Shown here piece after piece: positions 7,951 to 16,887 of a stretch of 28,829 nucleotides of DNA. The stretch's first letter is position 1. Every line of letters begins with the position of its first letter. The notes beneath the pieces are model-generated. The model saw only the letters and a program-made list of their open reading frames with translations. It was not told where the DNA came from and ran no database searches. The DNA is taken from IMG/VR virus record IMGVR_UViG_3300011339_000177, positions 1 to 28,829 of that record. One strand, given 5' to 3'. Source of the stretch: a virus. Lineage: Duplodnaviria; Caudoviricetes. The position numbers and the translations under genes are program-made.

Positions 7951-8480
7951 GCGCTCTTCGCTTGGTTTTGGCAACAAAAATTTGCAGTCAATGCAAGGAA
8001 GAAAAGTTGCCTACCGAATTTTCATTAAATAACGCAGCAAAAGATCGCTTGCAATATAAGTGCCGAACTTGCGATGTAAAGTACCAAGCGCAGCGCCGAA
8101 ATGCAAACAAGGATAAGTTTGCAATGTATTCACGGAATTATCAACGTGGTCGTCGGCAAGATTTTGATTACCGTTTGCAGATGTTGATAAACGCATCAAA
8201 GCAAAGATCAAAGTTAAATTACCGCGAACACGACATAAACGTAGAAGATATAAAATCCATCTACCCTATTGATGGTTGCTGCCCAATTTTTGGGATAAAA
8301 CTTGAGTTTAACGGCGCAGGATTTAGAGACAGTAGCCCCAGCATTGACAGAATAGACTCAACAAAAGGCTATACCCGCGACAACATTCAAGTTATTTCTT
8401 GGAAAGCTAATCGTATAAAAGGCGCTTCATCTTTGCAAGATTTAGAGATGATGGTTGCGTATCTGAAACAAGGAGATTGA
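7947..8480 (+). CDS. HNH/His-Me-finger-type endonuclease with N-terminal zinc finger (likely homing endonuclease)
   Basis: CSQC...CRTC zinc finger; CPIFG; SPSIDRIDSTKGYTRDNIQVISWKANRIK nuclease motif; inserted among tail genes. Confidence 0.75.
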   Translation: MSALRLVLATKICSQCKEEKLPTEFSLNNAAKDRLQYKCRTCDVKYQAQRRNANKDKFAMYSRNYQRGRRQDFDYRLQMLINASKQRSKLNYREHDINVEDIKSIYPIDGCCPIFGIKLEFNGAGFRDSSPSIDRIDSTKGYTRDNIQVISWKANRIKGASSLQDLEMMVAYLKQGD

Positions 8481-8481
8481 T

Positions 8482-9177
8482 TTGTCTAATTACACACAAA
8501 GCACTAATTTCGCCACAAAGGACGCGCTTACTTCTGGCGATCCTCTGAAGATTCTCAAAGGTACAGAGATCAATACCGAGTTTGCCAATATCGCTATCGC
8601 GGTAGCAACTAAGGCAGATTTGGCAAGCCCTGCGTTTACTGGTACTCCATCACTTCCAACTGGGACTACTGGAGTTACGCAGAGTTCATTGAATAGTAGT
8701 ACGGCATTGGCAACTACTGCCTTTGTGCAGGCAGCATTCCAGATACTGCATCCAGTTGGTTCGATCTACATTAATGCCACCAATGCAACCAATCCTGGTA
8801 CTTTGCTTGGATTTGGTACTTGGACAGCGTTTGGCGCTGGGCGCGTTCCTGTAGGTTTTGACTCTGGCAACGCTCTGTTTGATACCGCAGAGGAAACAGG
8901 TGGTAGTGCTGATGCAATTACTGTCAGCCATACGCATACTGCCACCTCAACAGATGCTGGTCATACTCACCCATTTACGCAAACACAAAGCACTAAATCT
9001 GGTGGAGGCCCGACAAATGTTGCTTCAAGTTCAGAAAACACTGGCGGCACTTGGAGCCAGACAACAAGCAGCGGTACTGCAAGTATTACAACAACAATAG
9101 CTTCTGCTGGATTAAGCGGAACAAACGCGAACTACCAGCCTTACATTACGGTTTATATGTGGAAACGCACGGCATGA
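8482..9177 (+). CDS. Tail protein with T4 gp10-C / tail-collar-like domain
   Basis: TTG start after GGAG; KADLASPAFTGTP, HPVGSIYINAT..NPGTLLGFGTW..FGAGRVPVG, SHTH, NYQPYITVYMWKRTA. Confidence 0.75.
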   Translation: MSNYTQSTNFATKDALTSGDPLKILKGTEINTEFANIAIAVATKADLASPAFTGTPSLPTGTTGVTQSSLNSSTALATTAFVQAAFQILHPVGSIYINATNATNPGTLLGFGTWTAFGAGRVPVGFDSGNALFDTAEETGGSADAITVSHTHTATSTDAGHTHPFTQTQSTKSGGGPTNVASSSENTGGTWSQTTSSGTASITTTIASAGLSGTNANYQPYITVYMWKRTA

Positions 9178-9207
9178 TTTGCATTATCTTGAAAGCAAGA
9201 GGTTAAT

Positions 9208-10353
9208 ATGGCAGACTTCACAAATCCAATATCTGGTGCAGCTAGCGGCGCTGCTGCTGGATCAACATTTGGTCCGATGGGTGCGCTTATTGGCGGTGGC
9301 CTTGGACTTCTTGGCGGTATATTTGGAGGCAATTCAGCAGCGGATGCCGCAAGGGAGCAGGCAGTTGCACAGCAAAAAGCTGCTGAATTGGCTGCTGCTG
9401 AAGCCCGTTTTCGGCCTGTAGGTGTCACAAATAGGTTTGGATCGTCACAGTTCCAAACGGACGCAAGTGGGCGTGTTATCGGGGCTGGATACAACCTATC
9501 TCCAGAGATGCGAGCCTATCAGGACCGTCTTATGGCGCTGTCAGGCCAAGGATTAACGCAAGCCGAGCAAGCGCAACAGCAGTTTGCACCGCTACAGCAA
9601 GCAGGCCAAGGTCTATTTGGGCTAGGTTCGCAGTACCTGGCTCAGTCGCCCCAACAGGCCGCGCAGCAGTACATGGCCTCACAGCAAGAATTGCTTGCCC
9701 CGAGCCGCGAGCGTCAAATGGCGCAGTTGCAGAACACTCTGTTCCAGCAAGGCCGAGGCGGGTTGAGCGTTGGCGCAACTGGTATGCGTCCTAGCGGTGC
9801 GGCTGGCCTTGGCGCTACCACTCCAGAGATGGAGGCGTACTACAACGCGATGGCGCAGCAGGATGCTGCATTGGCAGCACAGGCAGAGCAAGCAGGCCAG
9901 CAACGGGCAACCTTTGGCGCTGGGTTGATGGGTACTGGTGGCAACCTGATTACGCAAGGCTATCAAGGCCAGGCCGGTGCATTGACTCCTTACCAAGCGT
10001 ACCTACAAGGCGTTACTGGGTTAGAGTCACTAGGAGCGCAATCGTTTGAGCAAGGCATCAATATCGGCGCTAAAGGGATGAGTCCTTACGCAGCGAATGT
10101 CATGTACCAGGGTGGTTCTGGTGCTGCTGAAAGTAATGCTGCTGCTAACGCTTACAACCCGTTTGCAGCTGCTTTGGTTGGTGCATCTAGGAATCCTGCT
10201 TTAATGAATGCTGGTTCTAATCTATTTAGTGGTTCAAACTATGGGCCTGGAACTGGAAATTCTGCGTTTATGAATTACGTTAATACTGGTAATGAATTTG
10301 GTCTTTCGCCTCAGATGCAAAGAAGAATGTATTCCAATCCAGATTGGTCTTAA
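9208..10353 (+). CDS. Ejection / DNA-transfer (pilot) protein
   Basis: Gly/Ala/Gln-rich, hydrophobic Gly-rich N-terminus (GPMGALIGGGLGLLGGIFGG), first of three large genes after tail genes, like P22 gp7/gp20. Confidence 0.65.
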   Translation: MADFTNPISGAASGAAAGSTFGPMGALIGGGLGLLGGIFGGNSAADAAREQAVAQQKAAELAAAEARFRPVGVTNRFGSSQFQTDASGRVIGAGYNLSPEMRAYQDRLMALSGQGLTQAEQAQQQFAPLQQAGQGLFGLGSQYLAQSPQQAAQQYMASQQELLAPSRERQMAQLQNTLFQQGRGGLSVGATGMRPSGAAGLGATTPEMEAYYNAMAQQDAALAAQAEQAGQQRATFGAGLMGTGGNLITQGYQGQAGALTPYQAYLQGVTGLESLGAQSFEQGINIGAKGMSPYAANVMYQGGSGAAESNAAANAYNPFAAALVGASRNPALMNAGSNLFSGSNYGPGTGNSAFMNYVNTGNEFGLSPQMQRRMYSNPDWS

Positions 10354-10368
10354 AAAGGGGAAATTATC

Positions 10369-12306
10369 ATGGCTGGAGAAATAGTACAAACCCTTTTTGG
10401 TGTTAGCCCTGAGTCATACCAGCAGCAGCAATCTGCTTTGGCTGACCAGCAAGCATTGCAGTACGCTAGATTAAGCCCGTTTCAGCAGGCTAATTACGCT
10501 ATTGGTCGCGGTGCTTATCAAATTGCTGGTGCTTTAGGTGGTGAAGACCCTGAGTTGCAGTTAATTAGCGCACGGAACTCCATAGCTAAACAGATCAATT
10601 ATGCTGACCTTAATTCGATAGCACAGGGTGTGCAGATGTTAGGTAATGCTGGCGATACAGTTGGCGCTATGCAGTTGGCTGATGTTTATCGCAAAGCGCA
10701 AAGTGAAGCAGCATTAACAACGCAACGGCAAAGAGAAGCCCTTACCCCAGAGCAGCGTAATTCTGATGCTTATGCTAAACAGTTTGGAGCACCTGGTTCA
10801 CCAGAATATCAGACTGCATTTAAGCAAAAATTTGACGAGTTGACTTCTAAACCAGCTAAAGACATTTATGCCCCTATTGACCCATCTAAGTACACGCCAG
10901 CATCTCTATTGGCATTTGAAGCCAGCGGGAAACGTTCTGACTTAGTCGCTATAACTCCAAAAGAAAATGTATTCTCTCCTATTGATGTATCTAAATTTAC
11001 TCCGGAATCTTTAAAAGTGTTTAATGTTAGCAGGGATCGTTCTGACTTAGTTGCTATAACGCCAAAAGATAATTTATACGCGGCTATTGATCCATCTAAG
11101 TACACTCCAGAATCTCTCTTAGCATTTGAGAAAAGCGGAAAACGTTCTGACTTAGTCGCTATAACGCCAAAAGAGAATTTATATGCGGCTATTAACCCAA
11201 GTGACTACACACCAGCATCTCTCTTAGCATTTGAGGCCAGCGGTAAGCGTTCTGATTTAGTCGTAAGAGATAAACCATTTGCACCGCCTCCACCTGAAAG
11301 AGTTTTTGCAGCTATTAACCCAAGTGAATACACTCCAGCATCTATCGCGGCATTTGAGGCTAGTGGCAATCGCTCTGATTTAGTCGCAAGAGAGAAACCA
11401 GTTGCAGCAACACCTGATAGATTGTTTGCTCCTATTAATGTAAGTGACTTCACACCAGCATCTGTTGCGGCATTTGAGGCCAGTGGTAATCGAGCTGATT
11501 TAGTTGCAATACCTAAAACAAATAAACCAGAATCAACAATGGGCAAAGTTGATATCGATAAATTTACACCGGCTTCTTTAGCAAAATATGCTAAGAGCGG
11601 AGATTATCTTGACTTAGTGGCTATTCCTCCTAAACCTACTGGAGGAGGCGGCGGCGTTGATGCAGATAAAGTTCAATCAAGCAAAATGACACCTGATGGA
11701 ACAACCATCTTAGTCATGAAAAATGGAACAACTAGGGTTATTAGTGCTCTAGGTGACGAACTTAAAGGCCAAGCTAGAGCAGACGCAATTAGAGCGTCAG
11801 AGCAGTTTGGCGCAGAAACTCAAGGTACAAGAGCGCAATCAAGGGGCCTTGGAGAGTTGAGTTCAAAACAAGTTGGTACAGCATTCGCTGAAATTGCAAA
11901 AGTCAAGAAGAATATTGGCAACATTGACGATGCTATCGCTGCAATTGATGCTGGTGCAAATACAGGCGTAATTGCAAGCAAATTGCCAACCATAACAGCA
12001 GCATCAATACAACTTGCAAATGTAAGGCAGCAACTTGGTCTTGACGTGATTGGTTCAGTTACCTTCGGTGCTTTGTCAGAAGGTGAATTGAACCTTGCTT
12101 TGGATACCGCGCTGCCTACTAATTTGCAACCTAAAGACCTTAGAGTTTATTTGACAAACAAGAAAAATTCTCAAACAAAACTTGCTGGTTATTTAACAGA
12201 GCAAGCTACTTACTTAACAAAACCAGGGAATACTTTAGCTGGCTGGTTAGAAAAAGTTGAAAACAAAGCAGCATTGCCTGCTGGTGTAACAGTTAAGAGA
12301 AAATGA
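10369..12306 (+). CDS. Ejection / DNA-transfer protein with seven internal repeats
   Basis: 645 aa; Gln-rich N-terminus, repeat block, C-terminal FGALSEGEL motif region typical of podoviral injected proteins. Confidence 0.65.
   Translation: MAGEIVQTLFGVSPESYQQQQSALADQQALQYARLSPFQQANYAIGRGAYQIAGALGGEDPELQLISARNSIAKQINYADLNSIAQGVQMLGNAGDTVGAMQLADVYRKAQSEAALTTQRQREALTPEQRNSDAYAKQFGAPGSPEYQTAFKQKFDELTSKPAKDIYAPIDPSKYTPASLLAFEASGKRSDLVAITPKENVFSPIDVSKFTPESLKVFNVSRDRSDLVAITPKDNLYAAIDPSKYTPESLLAFEKSGKRSDLVAITPKENLYAAINPSDYTPASLLAFEASGKRSDLVVRDKPFAPPPPERVFAAINPSEYTPASIAAFEASGNRSDLVAREKPVAATPDRLFAPINVSDFTPASVAAFEASGNRADLVAIPKTNKPESTMGKVDIDKFTPASLAKYAKSGDYLDLVAIPPKPTGGGGGVDADKVQSSKMTPDGTTILVMKNGTTRVISALGDELKGQARADAIRASEQFGAETQGTRAQSRGLGELSSKQVGTAFAEIAKVKKNIGNIDDAIAAIDAGANTGVIASKLPTITAASIQLANVRQQLGLDVIGSVTFGALSEGELNLALDTALPTNLQPKDLRVYLTNKKNSQTKLAGYLTEQATYLTKPGNTLAGWLEKVENKAALPAGVTVKRK
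10864..11625 (+). repeat. Seven coding tandem repeats (35-41 aa; first units at 105-bp period)
   Basis: Unit starts at 10864, 10969, 11074, 11179, then longer units; consensus (I/L/V)(Y/F)A.I(D/N)PSx(Y/F)TP(A/E)S..AFEASG.RSDLV. Confidence 0.95.
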
Positions 12307-12316
12307 AGGGTTTGAT

Positions 12317-14122
12317 ATGGCTAAATTCACTTATGAAATAAAAATCCCAAACAGTGGGACTTATGAAGTTGAATCAGATCGTGAATTGACTGATGCACAA
12401 GCGTATCAATATGCTTTGCAACAAGCAGGTACAGAGCCTGCAACAGCAAAAGATCAACCCGCAGGATACAACCCGCTTACAACTGCCCGTAGACTAATTC
12501 CTAGCTTGTACCAAAACACAATTGGTGGATTGGTAGATTTAGTTTCAAGTCCATTGCAATCCGCGCAAGGTCTTGGTGACATTGTTGCTGGTGGCGCTTA
12601 CAACTTGATGCCAGAGCCGGTGCAAAAAGGATTGACCGCGATTGAGCAGTCCGAGTACAACCCGTTAGGCAACCCACAAGCATTGCGGCGAGCGCAGAAT
12701 GTGGCCGGCGTTGTTGGCCAAGATTACGCAAGAACGTATGGAACTGGGGCTGGATTTCAGCAGATGATGGAAGAAGACCCGTTCCGAGTTGTTGGTGACG
12801 TGTCCATGTTATTAGGCGCAGGCGGTGGCGGCTTAACAAACGCCGCTAACTTGGCGAGAGGCGTATCCGCTGGCACTCGAGCAGCGCCTATTGTTGGACA
12901 AATTGCCACCGCGGCAGCGCCAGCAGCCAACGCCTTGACTAGAGGCAGTCAACTTACTAACCCTATGAATTTGATCGCTAAACCGGCGGCGGCAATGATT
13001 AGACAACCAAATGTCGATCCTAATGTCAGGATGCTGATGGATGAAGGCGTAACACCTACTCCAGGGCAAATCCTTGGCGGTGCTTTTAAACGGGCTGAAG
13101 AAGGTTTGTCTAGCGTCCCTGTACTTGGTGATTTTGTCAAGTCAGCACAGATTAGAGCAGTTGAAGGGTTAAACCGCGCAGCTATAAACCGCGCATTAAA
13201 GCCAATTGGTGACGCACTGCCTGCTGATCTTAAAGGCCGTGATGCTATTAAATATGCCGAAAATGCGTTGGGTGACAAATACGACAATTTGCTACCGCAA
13301 ATGACAGTTGTCAAAGACGCGCTATTTCAAACCGAAATTTTTAATTTAAAGAACATGGTTGACAACGGAGCGATCAATCAAACATCAAAAGATTTTTTTA
13401 ATAAATGGTTGAATAACAATGTACTTGGTAAGTTCCAAGGCCAAGGTGCAATTACTGGCGAGACTTTAAAAGGCATACAAAGTGATTTTCGTACAACAAT
13501 CAATGACTTGTCTGCATCTACCAACTATGATGAACGGCTTATTGGCACTGCTTTAAAAGAAGCCCAAGAGCAATTGCGTCAATTGGTAACCAGAACTAAT
13601 CCTAAATTTTCAAAAGAATTGAAGGCAATTGACACTGGTTATGCCAATTTCAAACGGGTTGAAAAAGCGGCAGGATTAGTAGGCGCAGAAGAAGGTGTTT
13701 TCTCACCTGCTCAATTACAAAGTGCAATTCGCGCTTCTGATAAAAGCAAGGACAAGGGAAAATTTGCTACCGGCGATGCCTTAATGCAAGATTTATCGGA
13801 AGCAGGTAAGACTGTATTGGGCAACAAAGTTCCTGATTCTGGTACACCTTATAGAGGAATGTTGCCGTATTTCCTTGGTGGCGGTGCAGGAGTTGCTGGC
13901 TATCCAGCGATTACCGCTGGATTACTTACTGGCCCTATTTTGTATTCAGCGCCAGGTCAAAAATTAACTGCAACATTACTTACGAAAAGACCAGCTGGGG
14001 CTAATGCTTTGGCAGACCAATTTAGGGGAAATGAACGAGCCAAACTTGCAGCACTTATGGCAGCACAAGCTGGAAATCGTATCCCACGGGAAGACGGATT
14101 ATTCAGCGGACCAATCAGATAA
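12317..14122 (+). CDS. Large ejection / DNA-transfer protein
   Basis: 601 aa, third large gene before the lysis module; GVTPTPGQILGG, VPDSGTP motifs; Gly/Ala-rich hydrophobic segments. Confidence 0.65.
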   Translation: MAKFTYEIKIPNSGTYEVESDRELTDAQAYQYALQQAGTEPATAKDQPAGYNPLTTARRLIPSLYQNTIGGLVDLVSSPLQSAQGLGDIVAGGAYNLMPEPVQKGLTAIEQSEYNPLGNPQALRRAQNVAGVVGQDYARTYGTGAGFQQMMEEDPFRVVGDVSMLLGAGGGGLTNAANLARGVSAGTRAAPIVGQIATAAAPAANALTRGSQLTNPMNLIAKPAAAMIRQPNVDPNVRMLMDEGVTPTPGQILGGAFKRAEEGLSSVPVLGDFVKSAQIRAVEGLNRAAINRALKPIGDALPADLKGRDAIKYAENALGDKYDNLLPQMTVVKDALFQTEIFNLKNMVDNGAINQTSKDFFNKWLNNNVLGKFQGQGAITGETLKGIQSDFRTTINDLSASTNYDERLIGTALKEAQEQLRQLVTRTNPKFSKELKAIDTGYANFKRVEKAAGLVGAEEGVFSPAQLQSAIRASDKSKDKGKFATGDALMQDLSEAGKTVLGNKVPDSGTPYRGMLPYFLGGGAGVAGYPAITAGLLTGPILYSAPGQKLTATLLTKRPAGANALADQFRGNERAKLAALMAAQAGNRIPREDGLFSGPIR

Positions 14123-14146
14123 AAACCAACTAGAAAGAAATAAATT

Positions 14147-14422
14147 ATGTTTGACGTTACAGCGATAAGCCCCGAGGACAAAACCGCAAAGCATTTCATC
14201 TATTACTTTGCTTGGTTCTGGTCAATAGCCTCGGTTGTTTACTTCTTCTGCGTGACGTTTATCCATCTTCCAGAAGGAGGTAGGGACTTTGCTAACATCA
14301 TTCTGGGATTTCTGTTGGGTACAGCAGTTGCTACCATCATTTCGTTCTTCTATGGATCTAGCAAGTCGAGCAAGGATAAGACTGAAGCTATGATGAAGGT
14401 AGACGAGCCACCAAAACCATAA
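14147..14422 (+). CDS. Two-TM membrane protein (holin candidate)
   Basis: Two hydrophobic helices, IISFFYGSSKSSKDK tail typical of small phage holins; first gene of the lysis block. Confidence 0.65.
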   Translation: MFDVTAISPEDKTAKHFIYYFAWFWSIASVVYFFCVTFIHLPEGGRDFANIILGFLLGTAVATIISFFYGSSKSSKDKTEAMMKVDEPPKP

Positions 14423-14431
14423 GGAGTAGAC

Positions 14432-14674
14432 ATGGAACAGACACTACGGGGAAAACTAACCTACAGAGTAACCCTAATGGTTGCTTCAACATTGTGCGTT
14501 GTTGTGTGTAGCATGGTGTTTACTTTAATGTTTGGGTTGTTTGATGAAAAAGTGGATAACACAGAAATCTTCAAGCTCATTAGCCCCGCATTCCAAACTG
14601 TGGTTGGCGGGTTCATTGGATTGTTGGCTGGGATCAAGCTGTCCCATGATGATGAAGAAGTAACCAAGTCGTGA
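14432..14674 (+). CDS. Two-TM membrane protein (holin/antiholin candidate)
   Basis: AGGAG SD; two TM helices, PAFQTVVGGFIGLLAGIKL. Confidence 0.65.
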   Translation: MEQTLRGKLTYRVTLMVASTLCVVVCSMVFTLMFGLFDEKVDNTEIFKLISPAFQTVVGGFIGLLAGIKLSHDDEEVTKS

Positions 14675-15138
14675 GTTTGTTTAATCCTTGGGTGATTCTT
14701 GGCGTTTTACTTGCCCTGCTTGGCAGTTTTGGTAGCGGGTACTGGAAAGGTTCAAGTGACGAGAAAGCCCAACAGCAAATTGAGATTGCCCGTTTAAACG
14801 AGCAGGCGCGGGAAATAGAACAACGCATGGGTGAGGTTGCCCAGACGTATGCGGAAACTTTAAGGAAATCAAACGATGTTGCAAAAGCTAAAGAGAATAA
14901 GTTGCGTACTGATATTGCCACTGGTGAGCGCAAGTTGTTCATTGCTGTCAAAGCCCCCGCCTGCCCAGTACATACCCCCGCAGATACCACCGTTACCAGT
15001 GGAAATACAGAAACAAGAGCCGAACTTGACTCAGGAGTTGCTCAAGCTCTTGTCGATCTCACCAGCCGAGGAGATCAAGCCATCCGCAGCCTCAACACCT
15101 GCATTGACCAATACGAAAAAATGAGGGGTTCTAAATGA
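14671..15138 (+). CDS. Rz: Rz-like inner-membrane spanin
   Basis: N-terminal TM, coiled coil, LRTDIATGERKLFI, AELDSGVAQAL..LTSRGDQAIRSLNTCIDQY; beside endolysin. Confidence 0.8.
   Translation: MSLFNPWVILGVLLALLGSFGSGYWKGSSDEKAQQQIEIARLNEQAREIEQRMGEVAQTYAETLRKSNDVAKAKENKLRTDIATGERKLFIAVKAPACPVHTPADTTVTSGNTETRAELDSGVAQALVDLTSRGDQAIRSLNTCIDQYEKMRGSK
14876..15124 (+). CDS. Rz1: Rz1-like outer-membrane lipoprotein spanin embedded in Rz (+1 frame)
   Basis: AAGGA upstream; basic N-terminus, hydrophobic core, lipobox-like VSASC, then Pro-rich KPPPAQYIPPQIPPLP. Confidence 0.75.
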   Translation: MLQKLKRISCVLILPLVSASCSLLSKPPPAQYIPPQIPPLPVEIQKQEPNLTQELLKLLSISPAEEIKPSAASTPALTNTKK

Positions 15139-15560
15139 ACTTGACGCCTAATTTCACGCTGGCAGAATTAACTGTCACCGAACACCGAAGACTTAAAAAT
15201 GAACCTAACCCTAGTGAAATTGCAAATCTCCAGCGCTTGGCTGAACTGTTGGAGCAAGTTAAAGTCGCTATCGGCGGCAAGCCGGTCATGGTTAACTCAG
15301 CGTTTCGGAGCAAGCAAGTAAATGACGCAGTGGGCAGTAGAGACACTAGCCAGCACCGGATAGGCTGCGCTGCTGATATTCGTGTACCTGGCATGGTCCC
15401 AGATGCTGTAGTCAAAGCAATCATTGCAGCCAAACTGCCATTTGACCAATTGATCCGTGAGTTTGATCGCTGGACTCACATTAGCATATCCAATGACACC
15501 AAGGGTAAGCCTCGGGGCCAGGTGCTAATCATCGACAGCAAGGGTACTCGGCCTTACTGA
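15135..15560 (+). CDS. Endolysin, peptidase M15A family
   Basis: LTPNFTLAEL, VNSAFRS...N..VG...SQH..G.AADI, FDQLIREF..WTHIS zinc-peptidase motifs. Confidence 0.88.
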   Translation: MNLTPNFTLAELTVTEHRRLKNEPNPSEIANLQRLAELLEQVKVAIGGKPVMVNSAFRSKQVNDAVGSRDTSQHRIGCAADIRVPGMVPDAVVKAIIAAKLPFDQLIREFDRWTHISISNDTKGKPRGQVLIIDSKGTRPY

Positions 15561-15949
15561 ACTGGCTCTGTTTCTGTTTTGATGTAAGAGCCAAAGAAGG
15601 CCGTGGTGAACGGATCGCGCCGAGGCTTAATCTTTGAGGCGCGTTCCCGCGCCTTGCGAAACTCTTTATCCTCCGCTGTCTCCTCCTTACGTTGTCGTGC
15701 CTTGCGTTCCTTTTCAGTGGTTCGTGGTGGCTTTGGCGCATCAGTACCGATGCCGGCTGTAAACACGGCAGCAATCCCGTCTGGCTGCCTGCGCCATCCT
15801 GATCTGTAGACCAGCCCCTGCCTGCGTAGTCTTGCAAGCAGTTGCTGGGCTGCACGTTGGGTGCAGTGGACCAGGACGCATAACTCAGATGTAGACATAT
15901 CCTTACGCGAAAGAATGTCAAGTATTCTTGATTCGCGTACCGATTTCAT
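15554..15949 (-). CDS. Winged-HTH DNA-binding protein
   Basis: ILDILSRKDMSTSELCVLVHCTQRAAQQLLARLRRQGLVYRSGW; basic C-terminus; last gene of the leftward operon. Confidence 0.7.
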   Translation of the reverse strand: MKSVRESRILDILSRKDMSTSELCVLVHCTQRAAQQLLARLRRQGLVYRSGWRRQPDGIAAVFTAGIGTDAPKPPRTTEKERKARQRKEETAEDKEFRKARERASKIKPRRDPFTTAFFGSYIKTETEPVQ

Positions 15950-16155
15950 CTTCCCCTGCTCCTGATTTGGAGGTGATCGTTAGCACCAGGGCGTGGCGTA
16001 TCCATTTGCTGGGGCTTGTACACGGGCTGTTTCCAAATTGATATTGTTGAAGGCTCTGCCTCATTTGGTAGCTTTTGCCTGCGCTCCCACTCGCCAGCAA
16101 GGCCGAGGACTCGGCGCTTAGAGTCGCTGCCATTTGCAAATCTTCCGATAGTCAT
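15946..16155 (-). CDS. Hypothetical protein
   Basis: 69 aa, ATGA overlaps at both ends; ..PRPGANDHLQIRSRG C-terminus. Confidence 0.65.
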   Translation of the reverse strand: MTIGRFANGSDSKRRVLGLAGEWERRQKLPNEAEPSTISIWKQPVYKPQQMDTPRPGANDHLQIRSRGR

Positions 16156-16436
16156 ATGTTCTTATCCTTGAGTTTGGCTTCTGCCCATTCAGCGCCAGCA
16201 CGAAATTCTGTGTCGTATGGCGTGGAATTCCAATCATCGTTTGTCAGCCCTACCCACGGGCGCTGTGGTGGGGTGGTGTAAAGATTATGAATGCCGACTG
16301 GCAAATTCACTTCTAAAACATAGGCAACCTTGCCCACAGGAGCGTGCTCCCGAACTGCTATCGTAACCACAGGCTCCTGCGCTGCCTGTGCCAACTTGTC
16401 CTGCGCCATAGCCTTTTTACTTTCGTAGCCTGTCAT
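16152..16436 (-). CDS. Hypothetical early protein with MTGYESKKA leader
   Basis: AQEPV...LYTTPPQRPWVGLT...AEAKLKDKN modular motifs; GGAG SD, ATGA overlaps. Confidence 0.75.
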   Translation of the reverse strand: MTGYESKKAMAQDKLAQAAQEPVVTIAVREHAPVGKVAYVLEVNLPVGIHNLYTTPPQRPWVGLTNDDWNSTPYDTEFRAGAEWAEAKLKDKNI

Positions 16437-16738
16437 TTCTGCTCCATTATTTTTTCAATACGCTTGATTTCTTCATCGGCTTTGACCCACTTTGCACCGG
16501 ATTTTCCCCAAGCTTCTTTAGCTTTTTCCAACTCTGCACCGGTTTTTTCCCAAGCTGCTTTAGCTTTTACAAACTCTCCATAAACTTTGTTGCAATTTGC
16601 ATGAGCTTTGTCTAACTGCTCTTGCAGGGTAGGCTGTGCCACCATGTTGAGGACAACCTCACTATGGTCTGTCTGATGCACAAGGTAAATCCCTTCTTCA
16701 TCTAAGGCCGCTGCCTTTTTACTTTCGTAGCCTGTCAT
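16433..16738 (-). CDS. Hypothetical coiled-coil protein with MTGYESKKA leader
   Basis: Start at 16738 (GGAG SD, ATGA overlap) rather than 16783; internal 14-aa duplication. Confidence 0.7.
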   Translation of the reverse strand: MTGYESKKAAALDEEGIYLVHQTDHSEVVLNMVAQPTLQEQLDKAHANCNKVYGEFVKAKAAWEKTGAELEKAKEAWGKSGAKWVKADEEIKRIEKIMEQK

Positions 16739-16887
16739 GGTTTCTCCAATACGATTGCTTCCAACTTCTTTACCGCTACACACAGATCATCGTGCAGGTA
16801 ATCGGGCAGCATATTTTTTGTACTGAATACCCACGACTCAAGGGCCGACAGCAGCTTGATGATGGTTAAGGCTTCTTGTTTAGTCAT
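16735..16887 (-). CDS. 50-aa hypothetical protein (absent from ORF track)
   Basis: MTKQEALTIIKLLSALESWVFSTKNMLPDYLHDDLCVAVKKLEAIVLEKP; ATGA overlaps at both ends, GGAG SD. Confidence 0.7.
   Translation of the reverse strand: MTKQEALTIIKLLSALESWVFSTKNMLPDYLHDDLCVAVKKLEAIVLEKP

Noticed and set aside
9174-9206. 10-codon ORF MICIILKARG between tail and pilot genes
   Set aside because: Too short to support; could be chance or a deletion remnant.
449-14990. Many minus-strand ORFs opposite the structural genes (e.g. 1004-1537, 3434-3877, 4945-5424, 11205-11546)
   Set aside because: Lie antisense to well-supported, tightly coupled plus-strand genes; no independent evidence.
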